NCBI RefSeq assembly: GCF_902459465.1
Contig: NC_047062.1
Location: forward strand, 16,864,001-16,928,000
Length of the DNA stretch: 64,000 nt
Direction of reading: 5' to 3'
From: Asterias rubens
Lineage: Eukaryota
Of the stretch, positions 45,494 through 56,736 are shown in pieces. The notes beneath the pieces were generated by a model. That model was not told the origin of the DNA. It saw only the letters and a program-made list of their open reading frames with translations, and searched no databases. Within the stretch, counting starts at the first letter, position 1. Every line of letters starts with the position of its first letter. Both the position numbers and the translations under genes were made by a program.

Positions 45494-48400
45494 CTAACTG
45501 GGTCTACTCTTTATCAGTAGTTCTACTTCTTCAAGAGGAGCACGGATATGAAGCTCCTTCTCAATGAGCAGATCTTGACAATCTTGAAGCTTCAATGGTT
45601 GATTCCTTACAGCATCCACATACAACACCTGTCAATGATAAAAACTTAATGAGAACCACCTCTCGAGGTTAAATTGTGGTTTATGTCTGTCATTTTAAAT
45701 ATCTTAATGACAACAAATTATATTGCCATGTAAAAATATTGCTACTAATAAATATTAATAATGATGTCAATGCTGGAACGAGAAATGTAAAGAAGTGATT
45801 GGGCCACTACATTATATAAAACCTGACTTGAAAAGACAATGATGAACTCTCAGGACTAATGGTTGTTAATTTTTGTAATATTATTGGATAAACCTTTTAA
45901 ATCTCCTAATGAAAACAATTTGTGTGACATTCTAAACATGACACTAAACCTACCTTGGCCCAAGGGCAGTGTTGTAAAGCACTGTAGAATATTGCCTCAG
46001 CTCGTTTTGGGTTACCCTGCTGCATCTGGAGACACACAACACAAAGATTGTCTACTCACCATCATGTATTACTCATACAAAGAACTCTCAACAAATCATT
46101 TGAAAGGCTGTAAAGGCCATGTTACACAAGGCAATTTATAGGCATTCAGTTCCAGGGAATCTCCACAAAAGAATCCACTCACATTTTCTATTCACATATT
46201 TTTCTTGTGGATCGTAAACACAATGTTCAAAAAATGACATATTATGTAATGTACTCTGGTAGCATGCACTGCAGTTGGTTGCCTCGAAGGGCAAGTTCGA
46301 GTGTGGACCATGGGTAACTAAAGGTTGACTATTTTAACTCAATTCCAGCCTGGTCGACCATCGGTTGACTACCATCGTCAACCATTCGGAACCAGCCTCA
46401 GGACAATGGTTTCTTTCGTGGTCCTGATAGCCTGTTCCAAGCTAGAAGAGAACCAGGGGTGGATTTCACAAAGAGTTAGGACGAGTCTTATCCCGAGTTA
46501 GGACCAGTTACTCGTCCTAACTTGGAACTATCCATGCAATTTGTATATCGCCTAGGACAAGTCCTAAGTTAGGACTTGTCCTAACTCTTTGTGAAATCGA
46601 CCCCAGTGCCACTACAGCGAAAATGCGGAAGACTTTCAAACGAGTCGTTCGAGTGAGTACATCACTGCTCCTGCACGTTGCTGGTCAGTGGTCAATCATT
46701 GGTCGACTAAATGTTCATATTTCGAACTTGTTCCAAGTTCCCTGTAAAAGATGCCTTGTGTTAAAAGGCCCTAAGTCTGCTGCCACCTAGTGATGGCTTG
46801 TCATGATTACCTCAAACTGCATGTACATTCTCCAAAGAAGAACACAATGACGAGCAGTCTGGGACTCAGTTGCTCTCTGGAACAAGGAACGGATCCGATT
46901 ACTGATACCGGTCTCGGACATCGGTACTAGATTAAACACAAAAAGTAAAATGTTAAAATGTTTGTCTGAACTATGCAGCAAGTTGGAATACACACAATGG
47001 TTTAAGTTTGACTATTTTGAATGGAACCAGGCTGGTCGACCATTGGTTAACTACTGTGGTTGAACAGGACCATGGCTGCTTCCCTAATCCCAGTTGTCGT
47101 TTTTCATACTAACTTGTGTAAAACGCAGAGGGGATCCAGTGATACTGTAGCGAAATGGCAAAGGCGCAGAGAGTGTTGAGTACCGATGGTTGACGAGACA
47201 TCCAAATGCAATTTTTAGTGAGTACGCCACTGTGAGTACCTCAGTGGTCAACCACGGGGCGACTAAATGCGCCCACTCGAACTTGCTTTTTTTGTGGTTG
47301 ATTGATTACATGACGTCATCGTTAAAAAGACAGTACCAGTTAAGTGAAAAAACAAGTGTAAGATAGGATTGAATTTTTGTTTTATAAGTTTGAGATGTAA
47401 GATGAAGTTCAGAGTATATTGTTATGCGAGGCAGACAGAGATGAAGAAAATATTAGTTCTATAGAAAAAGCAGCTATTGTCTCACCTTCATTTTGTTGGC
47501 CTTGTATAGTCTCCATTCCAGCCGTTGCAAAAGTAACCATTAACACCTGTCTCAGCATCTCAGCCCTAATGGCAAACAACCACTGCACAAGACTATCCTC
47601 TTGTCTGGTCACTCGATCAAAATATCGTCTCACTCGCCCAGTGATGTGTGACTTGGACTCGGAGATGATAAATGTCTCCAGTAAGGTTGGGTTGGTCGGA
47701 AAATCATCAAGGGAAGTCTTAAGAAGGTTCCTCAAGGAGCCTAACGGAGTGGGGTTACTGTACACATGAGCGGACAACAGTCCGACGTAGGCTTCAGTTA
47801 TTAGCTCCTGATCCAATCTAAGCTGCTGTTCATTAAAGTTTTCGGAGAGCTTTCCTTTTTTCAGTGACGATAGACTGGACTCGAAAACGACGGACGCTGC
47901 CTGCATACCCACAGTGAGGTATTGGAAGATTGCAAAACACTGAGTGAGATGCACAGCATGTGTTCCGGATGGGATTAACCACTTCATCCTCTCTGCTGCA
48001 TCAACGTCTTGACAATCACTCCTTGAGTAAGTGGCCAAGACCTCTGTGATTGTCTCTTGATAACTCCTCCTTGCTTTAAGGAGCCTTACGGAGGACACAC
48101 TCTGACTTGGAATATCTTTCAGAGGAGTGTACGCCATCCCTTCCCCGAGCATTGTCAACACATTTAACACTTCTACATTGTTTTCCTGTCCGACGACAAC
48201 ATTGGATGATTTGGACTGAAAGCACAGAAACAGCTCAGTAAATGTTTGCACAAGCCTCGTAGCTGCCTGTTTGTCTTTCTCAGTTTGTGGCTGCCCACAA
48301 AATCTGAGAGCTGTCTGTAGTACACGTTGCGCCTCTTCTGTGTTCCCCATTGTCCTCTCCCATCTAGCTAGAGCAGCCCACAGATCTAAATTATTGCGAT

Positions 48401-51400
48401 TCTCCTCCTGGCTAAGCAGCTTCTTGGCAAACCTCTTGGCTTCCTTCACTTTCTTCCTTTGCTGTTTCTTATCTTTTGCAATCAGTGCTCTTTGCATTCT
48501 AAAGTCGAGCCTCATCAACAAGAGCTGCGTGCAAGCCGGCTCATGAAACACCGGTGTTATTTGCTGAAATCCCTCCTCCACAAAATCTTCCAATATTCTG
48601 TAGTCCATGCTAGCATCTTCAACAATTAACTTCACAGAAGTAGCATTTGTCATCTGCTCTAAGGACCTACAGTTGCTAGCTATTCCTGAACATCTCGACG
48701 GCAGCTTACCAACACCAACGGAAGTCTTCACAGAGGAGAGTATCTGGCTTGGCTGGTCCAGATAAAGTTGTACGGTGTCCGGGCCTTCCTTTCCAACCAA
48801 ACAGGGAGGAACTGATACGCCTAGAAACTCCAGGAAGTGACAGATGAGTTGGAATTGCTTCTCCTGATGAGAGGTTAGTCTGAACAGAACTTGACTGATG
48901 TCATCAAAGAGGACCATACGCTCCGGATCCTCACAGTCGTCTTCAGTTTCTCCCTTGGTCTCGTCGGGACTCCAAGGGGCAAACTGTTGAGCTTCTCTGG
49001 AGATCTCCTCTTGCACCCAGGCCTGCCACAGGGGTATGTCAGTCAAGGTTGCTGCTGGGCTTGATGGCTCATCATCGACTTCACTAACTTCTATTAAATA
49101 TAATTCAGAGTTATAAAGGAACGTCAAAACAAAAGTCATTTCTAGTAGTAGTTGTAATTTGTAGTTTACATTTTGATATAGAGTTGTCATGAATTTGGGG
49201 ACAAATTACAAGTCTATAACCTCCGTTAAAATGGCTCTTTTTTTCGATACTCTTTCAGATTGAAAATTTAAACATGGCTTCATTATGCCAGGTAAAAGGT
49301 TAAATTAAATTGGGTTGAATATCATCAAAAGTGGACAGACCATAATTTGAAATGTGACCTAGTTGAACATTTTAAAATGTTGGCAAAAGTGGCGCTTAGT
49401 TTTACTTACGAGGCATCTTGACTTCCTCCCATCCTCCTCGTGATTTCTTCTGCATCCAGTTTGCCCACCCTTTGGCCTCTTTCTCTCCAAAACGTGGCTT
49501 GGAACTATCCCAGAAGGTCTCCAGAAAGGCAACCTGGCAAAAAAATAATTACCCATCAAAGTTTGACGTAACTGAATGGATTTGAATATTGAACTTTGTA
49601 GGGCTGAAAGCACACTCTAATGTAAAAGCTGACTGTGCAGAACTTTAATGGAGACTGTTCCACATACCTTGTCAATATAGAAGCTGACCCTGTGAAATTC
49701 TCTTGTATTTTACTTGATATTTGAAGTATCATTCCTTTTGAAACAATATCAATGTGAAAAGGGACATTACGAGCGTGATTACCAGTACCTTCTGCCCTCT
49801 TTGTACTGGGAAAAAAAAGCCTAGCATGGTTAGGTGCACACTTCTCAATGGAATGTCCGGGCCGATATAGGCCTACATGTCAGCCACCCTACTGTCAGCA
49901 ACAAAAGTTGTTCCGGACAACCCTAACAACCATTAGGTCCCTCTCTACATACCCTGCCAAATACAACAGAATGCAACACAGTTGAAATGAGGATCATATC
50001 AAATGCAACAAAATGCAACAAGGGATTTTGTTGCATTGTGCAGGCATGTTGTTTTTGTTAGGACTGAGCAAGGGTGTTTGCTTTGCTAAATGCAACAGTA
50101 TACATATAAGTGTAGTGGTGATATGGCTAATATGTAGGACCATGAACTCTGCCAAATGCAACAATATGAGTTTGAGTTGACTGCCAAATACAACAAAATG
50201 AAACACCAATATGAAGTGAGTCACTTGACTGCTAAATGCAACGAATTCATCCAAAGAAAGACATCTGAATTGGCTGCCAAATGCAACAGATTACAACAAC
50301 TATTACCATTTGGTGCATATTGTTGCATCTAGCATACAGAGGCCAGCCCAGAAAAGTTTGGCTTATATACACAAATTTGATGTGAAGGAATTAAATACAA
50401 ATTTGAATGTGACATTTACCTGTCCCTCAAGGTGAGTGTCTTGCTGTATATCCGATGGACAGAAACAGTTGAGTTCAATCATAGCCTGGTATGCTGCCAC
50501 AGCTTTCTCTGTATGACCGGACTGCCTCCAGAAATGACATAAGCCAACAAACAGATCTACGTTGATCAGGGCACAAAAATTGCAAACATAAACAAATTAT
50601 GTGGCAACTGGAATAAAATATAAATTGGCTGAACACTCTCAACAATTTTCTTCTTGTTCCAATGATCTTGATAAACGTAATCAGATAAAATGGCATTTAG
50701 ACATTTTTACTTCAGATTAGAGACAAAAATAGTTTGTTCACTTTCATTCTGTTTTCACTTTCAACTTTGTCAATCACTGGTGTGTTTTTAAATCAATCCA
50801 TCAGTCAATCACTAAATCAATTTTGAAAATGAGTGATCACAAAACTGAATTTGACCATACAGCTTCTCATTATTGTTATATACAATTGGAGACTTTGGGA
50901 CGCTAGGTGGCAGCAGACTTACCAGGTAAATTTCCATTGTTTACGTAGTTCTGAGCATGCGCACATTACCGAGAACAATGGATTTTACCTGGTAAGTCTA
51001 CTGACACCAAGCGTCCTGAAAGTCTCCCATTAGTATTGTCTTTCACTTCAATGGATAAGAAAGGTCAAACTTACCCAGTATGTGTTTCTCCATATCGGAA
51101 GCCTCATCTTCATCGAGTTCTGCCAACCTAGAAGTCAAAGCTGTAATACATTTTCCATACAGCCCAGCCACCTTGGAAACTGAGAATCTAGAAAAACAGG
51201 TCTGATGGAAGAGAAGGTACTCCTTACACAAAAAAACATCGTCAGGATTTAACCGAAGAAGCCTCTCCCATTGTTTCATCTGCTCCGATACATCCCATAA
51301 TTCTTTTCCAATCTTCAGCTGCTCAAGATGTAACGGGACACTGTTCGGATTCCTCAGTAGAGCCTTGTCAAGTATCGCAAGCTTCCTCTCAGCAATCAGT

Positions 51401-53562
51401 TTGGCCGTTCTTCGCCTATTACTGCTCATCTTACTTGAGTCGCTATCCTGCTGGGACTGGTTGGAACCGGTCGGAACTAGTTTATCATACTCAGTGGAGT
51501 CTTGAAACCTGACAAACTCAAGCCACATATGAACATCTAGTGGGTTGTCATGTAAATGTCTGTTGTAGTGTGCTGTAGTGTGAGTTGCTGGGCTGGTGGA
51601 TGTTTCAGACTTAACCAGGGGTAGAAAGGAAGGGTTCAAAGTGGTACTAGGCTGAAGATATGCTCGGGTAGATTGATCGTAGACTCCAAGAGGATCACAC
51701 TCTGGCTTTGCTCGGCTGCTGCCAGGATCAACTATTGGGATGTACGATAGGGAATCGTTTGTTGAGTGCAACCTTAGTGGATTAGTTGCTCCAGGGTTTG
51801 CCCCCGTGTCAACCGCATCTTCATTTACCTCATGTGGAGCTGAGGTGAAGTACCTTAAACCCATTGACCCTTCTTTTTGTTTCTTCTTTGGTTTGACATC
51901 TTTCCAAGTCACGTTCTGACGGCGTTTGTCGAGCCCAAGACACGAGTGACCGAGACGATGGTAGGCAACCGTGTCGGTGAAATGAAGACTGTCAAAACAG
52001 AGATTGTTCCGATTAGCTTTGACATCAATACAGAATTCTTCAATTGCTGGGACAGTCCTGTAGAAAGACAACAGAAAGTTTAGAAAAAAACAAAGTGAAT
52101 AAATGCAAACCGAAATTCTAAATTTGATCATTGATGAGCAACTGGGGATTTTAAGGGCTCTCTTTAGGTGCATAAATGTCTAATAGACAATGTGACCTTT
52201 GCCTACAAAATGCTTCTGTGGATTTGTTTATGCCTACAGAGCTCCTGTAAGAACTGCGATAGAAGTTTCCATCAGTAAATGGCAAAAACAAATGATGGAA
52301 AGTTAGTATAAATTATTTTATATAATTTATCAAAACAATTTGCCTACTTTTCAGACCCGTGTGTGGAGTTTGCGACGCTGTTTCTCTCATCGCTGCTAGA
52401 GCCGCTTGAGTCATCTCTCCTCCTCCTCTTTTTCTTCCTGTGAGATTTCTTCTTCTTATCTCTGTGGTGTCTATCACGATGATGACTTTGTTTCTGCTTT
52501 CTATCATCAGAGACGTACTCAAAGTCTCTTTTATGTTTGTGTTTTTTGCTCTTTTTGTGTGAATGATGAGAAACAGACCTTGATTTGTGATTGCCTTTTT
52601 CAAGTAGAGCAATAGTCAATTTAGAGTTCAATGCAGTGTTGTTATCGTGGCTTGAATCTTCACTGGACTCGGATTCCTCACCCTGGTGTTTCTGATGGAG
52701 TGAAGAAACTTGACCGACCGGCTCTCTGTCATATTCATTCGATTTAACTGCATGCTGCTTTGCAATGGTGATCGCATCATCACTACGAAAGCTCTGGTTA
52801 GTCAGCCAGTCTAAATTGTCTAGAAAAATGAATAAAACAACAATTATGTTAAATATCCAACTATCACTTCTTCACTTGTATTATAAACTCTATCAATTGC
52901 ATTTTACATTTAAAATTGTAAATACAGTATGATTGAATAAGAAAAGAATCGGCCATTAAGAAGTGGAGCTGGGTTTTCAGTCCATACCTGACCGGGTGCG
53001 TTTTTTGTAATCCTTGGGAGTTTCTCTCACGTCTAAAAGAATGAAGTTTCTTCATTGTCTTTGAAGTTCTACCCGGTCAGTTTCCCTTGGGTTTTTTTTA
53101 TACTGAACTGCTTAAAGAAGTTGGTGTGACTGTGATGTTTCATTATCAATCATTAGGAATATAAAGCTACATTTAATCGCATAAAAATTACCAATCCACT
53201 TGCAATCCTTGAAAAATTTAGGATGGGGCTAGCAAGCTAAACTTCCCTAAAAGTCAAAGATACATAACAATTCAGTTTTGTCTCAACTTTTTTCTTGCCG
53301 TTATTTAATTGTTCTTCTAGTAGGGGCTAGGCACAAGACAACGTGTAAGTTTCCCCACATTAAATAAATAAACATGGTTATGTAACATACCTATTTGTTG
53401 TATTTCAGACGATGTGCTTTGCACAACACCAGTCGAAATTAAACTAACTTTGGTTGTATCATTAATCTCGAGTAATGATTCTGCTGTGGAAGAAATGGCA
53501 TCATGATCATGAACTTGATCAAGTCTTATGTTAGCACTCGGAAATAACGGTTTGCGTGACAT
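45494..53562 (-). CDS. NRDE2: NRDE2 (nuclear exosome regulator / necessary for RNA interference), 9 coding exons, 1271 aa using the first terminal-exon copy
   Basis: Exons 53562-53391, 52819-52348, 52057-51075, 50556-50420, 49533-49410, 49090-47486, 46926-46811, 46025-45954, 45628-45494 (3816 nt, all phases consistent). Motifs typical of NRDE2: N-terminal LFP and LDWLTNQSF, YHRLGHSCLGLD, NPLDVHMWLEFVRFQD, ERKLAILDKAL, FWRQSGHTEKAVAAYQAMIE, FWDSSKPRFGE, EDPERMVLFDDI, LLWRMY, ALQHCPWAK and the C-terminal EKELHIRAPLEE. Confidence 0.96.
46456..46605. mobile_element. Palindromic MITE in NRDE2 intron 7
   Basis: Arms GGGGTGGATTTCACAAAGAGTTAGGAC and GTCCTAACTCTTTGTGAAATCGACCCC. Confidence 0.7.
50887..51029. 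repeat. 143-bp imperfect palindromic element in NRDE2 intron 3
   Basis: Arms GGAGACTTTGGGACGCTAGGTGGCAGCAGACTTACCAGGTAAA and TTTACCTGGTAAGTCTACTGACACCAAGCGTCCTGAAAGTCTCC, with a central GCATGCGCA. Confidence 0.8.
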
Positions 53563-54310
53563 TTTCAACGTATTTTTATGAACTAATGATAACCGTGAAT
53601 AATATGCGACGTCTATCCAAACCTCCGCATACTTTTCGTACCATTTATGTATACTTTTGTAACCAACTTCTTTCAGAAACGTTTTCTTCTGACATGTCTG
53701 ATGGAGGCTGACATCTTGTTAGGTTAGCGCCCTCTCTTGGTGGAAACGCGACACAGACTTCGGTACTTTTTCCCCAAAAGTTCAAGGAGGCTCATGAATA
53801 ATATTGAGTTTGGTTTATAATTTTGAGCGCGGCAAGAGACTTTTTGATTGATTTGATTTGAGTCGGTATGTTCGTGTGTCTTTTTACCAATCTCTTAAAT
53901 TGGTTTCCCTTTACCCTTCAAAAAAACTAAAAAAGACATACACAATAACCATGACTTGTAATAAACAGCAATTGAACTATATTTTTGACTTGAACGCAGT
54001 TACTTTATTAAGAAATATTATAAGCCATAAACAGCAAATATGAATATATAAACACTCTTACTATAAATAATACACAATGCAGTGTGGTATATCATAATAA
54101 TAGTACATTTCAGCCAAAAGAAAAAATATGGATGGAATAATGCACAGCAATAGTTAATGATTTTATTTACAATGGAAATTTAAAAAGATTCCAACATGAA
54201 AGTCTTGAATATTTTTTTGCAACCACAAATACTGATTCAGTAAGTTTTAAGTAAGTGTGTTTGACCATAGTTTAAGGACCAAGTTTGTAATCTTGAGAAC
54301 CCCTGTTTGA

Positions 54311-54818
54311 AGACACTGGACACTATTGGTAATTGTCAAAGACCAGTCGTCTCACATCTCAACATATGCACAAAGTAACAAACCTGTGAAAATTTAAACT
54401 CAATTGGCCGTCAAAGTTGCGAGATAATAATGAAATAAAAAACACCCTTGTCACATATGTGTGCTTTCAGATGCTTGATTTCGAGACCTCACATTCTAAA
54501 TCTGAGGTCTCGAAATCCGATCCATGGAAAATTTCTCAAAATTACTTCTTTCTTTCTCAAAGACCAATAATGTCACTTGGTGTATCCCAACATATTATTA
54601 TGCATAAAATAACTTAAATCTGTGAAGACTTGGGCTCAATTAGTCATAAACCTTGCAAGAGAAAGTCGTTAATATTTGAGTGTGAAATTTCCTCTTTCTC
54701 AAACACTACATGTTACTTTACAGGGCAAATTTGCTCTTCATGGCTCAATACCAAGTACATGTATATTTGATTTCTGCCAACAATTATTTTTAGTAATTAC
54801 CAATAGTGTCCAGTGCAT
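54311..54818. mobile_element. Kolobok-like MITE family A, rearranged with internal duplication
   Basis: Both TIRs are present, and the left-end segment CACTTGGTGTATC...GCATAAAATAAC recurs internally near 54575. Confidence 0.7.
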
Positions 54819-56357
54819 TTAAGGGACCACTGTGTCCAAAACTGCAATAATTTTAGATTATAAAACAGGAAGAAAAAAAAAATTCTTGTTTGCCTTGCAT
54901 TTAAAACATACAACATTCATACATAAACCTTATCATGCATGGTGGCATCATCTTGTATGTCTCACATTCATATCAATGAGATCAAACCGAGGCTGGAAGG
55001 ACAAAATTATTCTGGTACAATGAGAATCAGCGTCAATATTTGCAAATGCAATCAGGGAATAAGACTAGGAAGAACTTGTTATGAAAATGGTATATTCCAA
55101 CACAAGCAGAGTGAAGACTAATTGTATTATAATTTTGCATAGGATAACCTGATGATTAAAATGTCAAGCAAATAATTGCATTTGAACAAACATTGAAGCA
55201 GACATTATAAGCATTTGACAATAAGAAACACAGAAAGGGGGACCTCTTTACATCCAGCAAACCACCCCCCCCAAAAAAAACAGACAAAATTTTGAATTGA
55301 CATGCAAGCTTAAGCAACTACAACTTATGGATCTGTGCGTCATAATGGGTTGAAATACAGACTGTTCTTAGCAACACCCTTAGCAACAGTCGTATCTGTC
55401 AATTTGGATATAGCCCCAGACTTAAATTATTTGGAGTTGATTCATTTCTTAACTTTCAAATATTTTGTATTAAAACACCTTCAAATTATCGTAAAGAAAA
55501 TGGATGAAGTACATGATTTTTCGGTCCATTATTTGATTGAAATTTTAAGGTAATTAAAAAAATTATAAAAAATAAAAATAAATAAACATCAAATAAATCA
55601 TTGGAAAAAATGCTTAAGCGATGGATGCAAAGTGGTCCCCTTTTATTGTGTCAAGCCTGGTTCATATGAAGCAAAATTTTGAGACGTTATAACCAGTATG
55701 GGTTGTTTTTGCAATGTAAGTAAATTCACTTTGCTTTCACGGTCGTGTGAGGTATGAACTAGACTTTAATTGTCATTTAAGCTCTGAACTTAAGCATGCA
55801 ATTAGCATTTCGTTAAAACCCCTATTATAATAATATGAGTGAAATCTATTTTCTATGAGAATATGTCAAAGCCAAGCACAGAGACAAAGATAAAAGGAAA
55901 TGTTCTTCTTTGTCTGTGTGACATCCAAGGCAGGATAAACAGGATGCAGTTCTCATGATGATCCTGTACGACGCATGTATTCATCAGTCCTATGCTTTGA
56001 ATAGACATCAACGAATACGGCAATATGCAATCAATTTATACATGAAGGCCCTTCTGTGTTGATCCCCTCAAGATTTGGATTTACAAAATTACAAGAACTG
56101 AGACGCATCTTGACTACTTCCTCAAGAAGATTAAGACAAAATAAAATGTGCATAATTCCTGCTAAGATGCAGGAAGTGTATCAACAGGATCTGATTTGAA
56201 AAATACATTTATTAACCTTTTATTATGATAAAAAATATCTGCCCATAGTAAAAACGGACGGAGTGCATATTTTAGGATTTGGCTTGGAACTTTGTTTGAA
56301 AGAAAACTGACTTTACAAAATGTACATAAAAAATGCTGTGTGTGGATAATACATAAA

Positions 56358-56725
56358 AGGCACTGGACACTTTTGATAATTGTCAAAGACCATTAGTCTC
56401 ACTTGGTGTTCGAACATATGAATAAAATAACAAATCTGTGAAAATTTAGACTCAGTTTTTTTAAATCGAAATTGCATGAGAATAATGAAAGAAAAAAATA
56501 CCCTTGCCGCACAAATTTGTGTGCTTTCAGAACCTAAAAAAGGCCTGAAGTTTTATTTATTATTTGAGTGAGAAATTACCTCTCTCTCTAAAAAACTACA
56601 TTATCAGAGGGAACTTTTTCTCACAGTGTCTTATAATACTGCCAACAGCTCTCCAATGCTCAGTACCAAATTAAGTTTTTATGCGAACAATTATTTTGAG
56701 TCATTGCCAAAAGTGTCCTGTGCCT
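56358..56725. mobile_element. Kolobok-like MITE family A, diverged, immediately after the CCDC198-like stop codon
   Basis: Ends AGGCACTGGACAC and GTGTCCTGTGCCT with the family A body. Confidence 0.75.
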
Positions 56726-56736
56726 TTATTAAGCAG

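Noticed and set aside
44957-45628. Regular repeat array considered as CRISPR or satellite
   Set aside because: Eukaryotic context, no unique spacers, and the unit is a coding exon.
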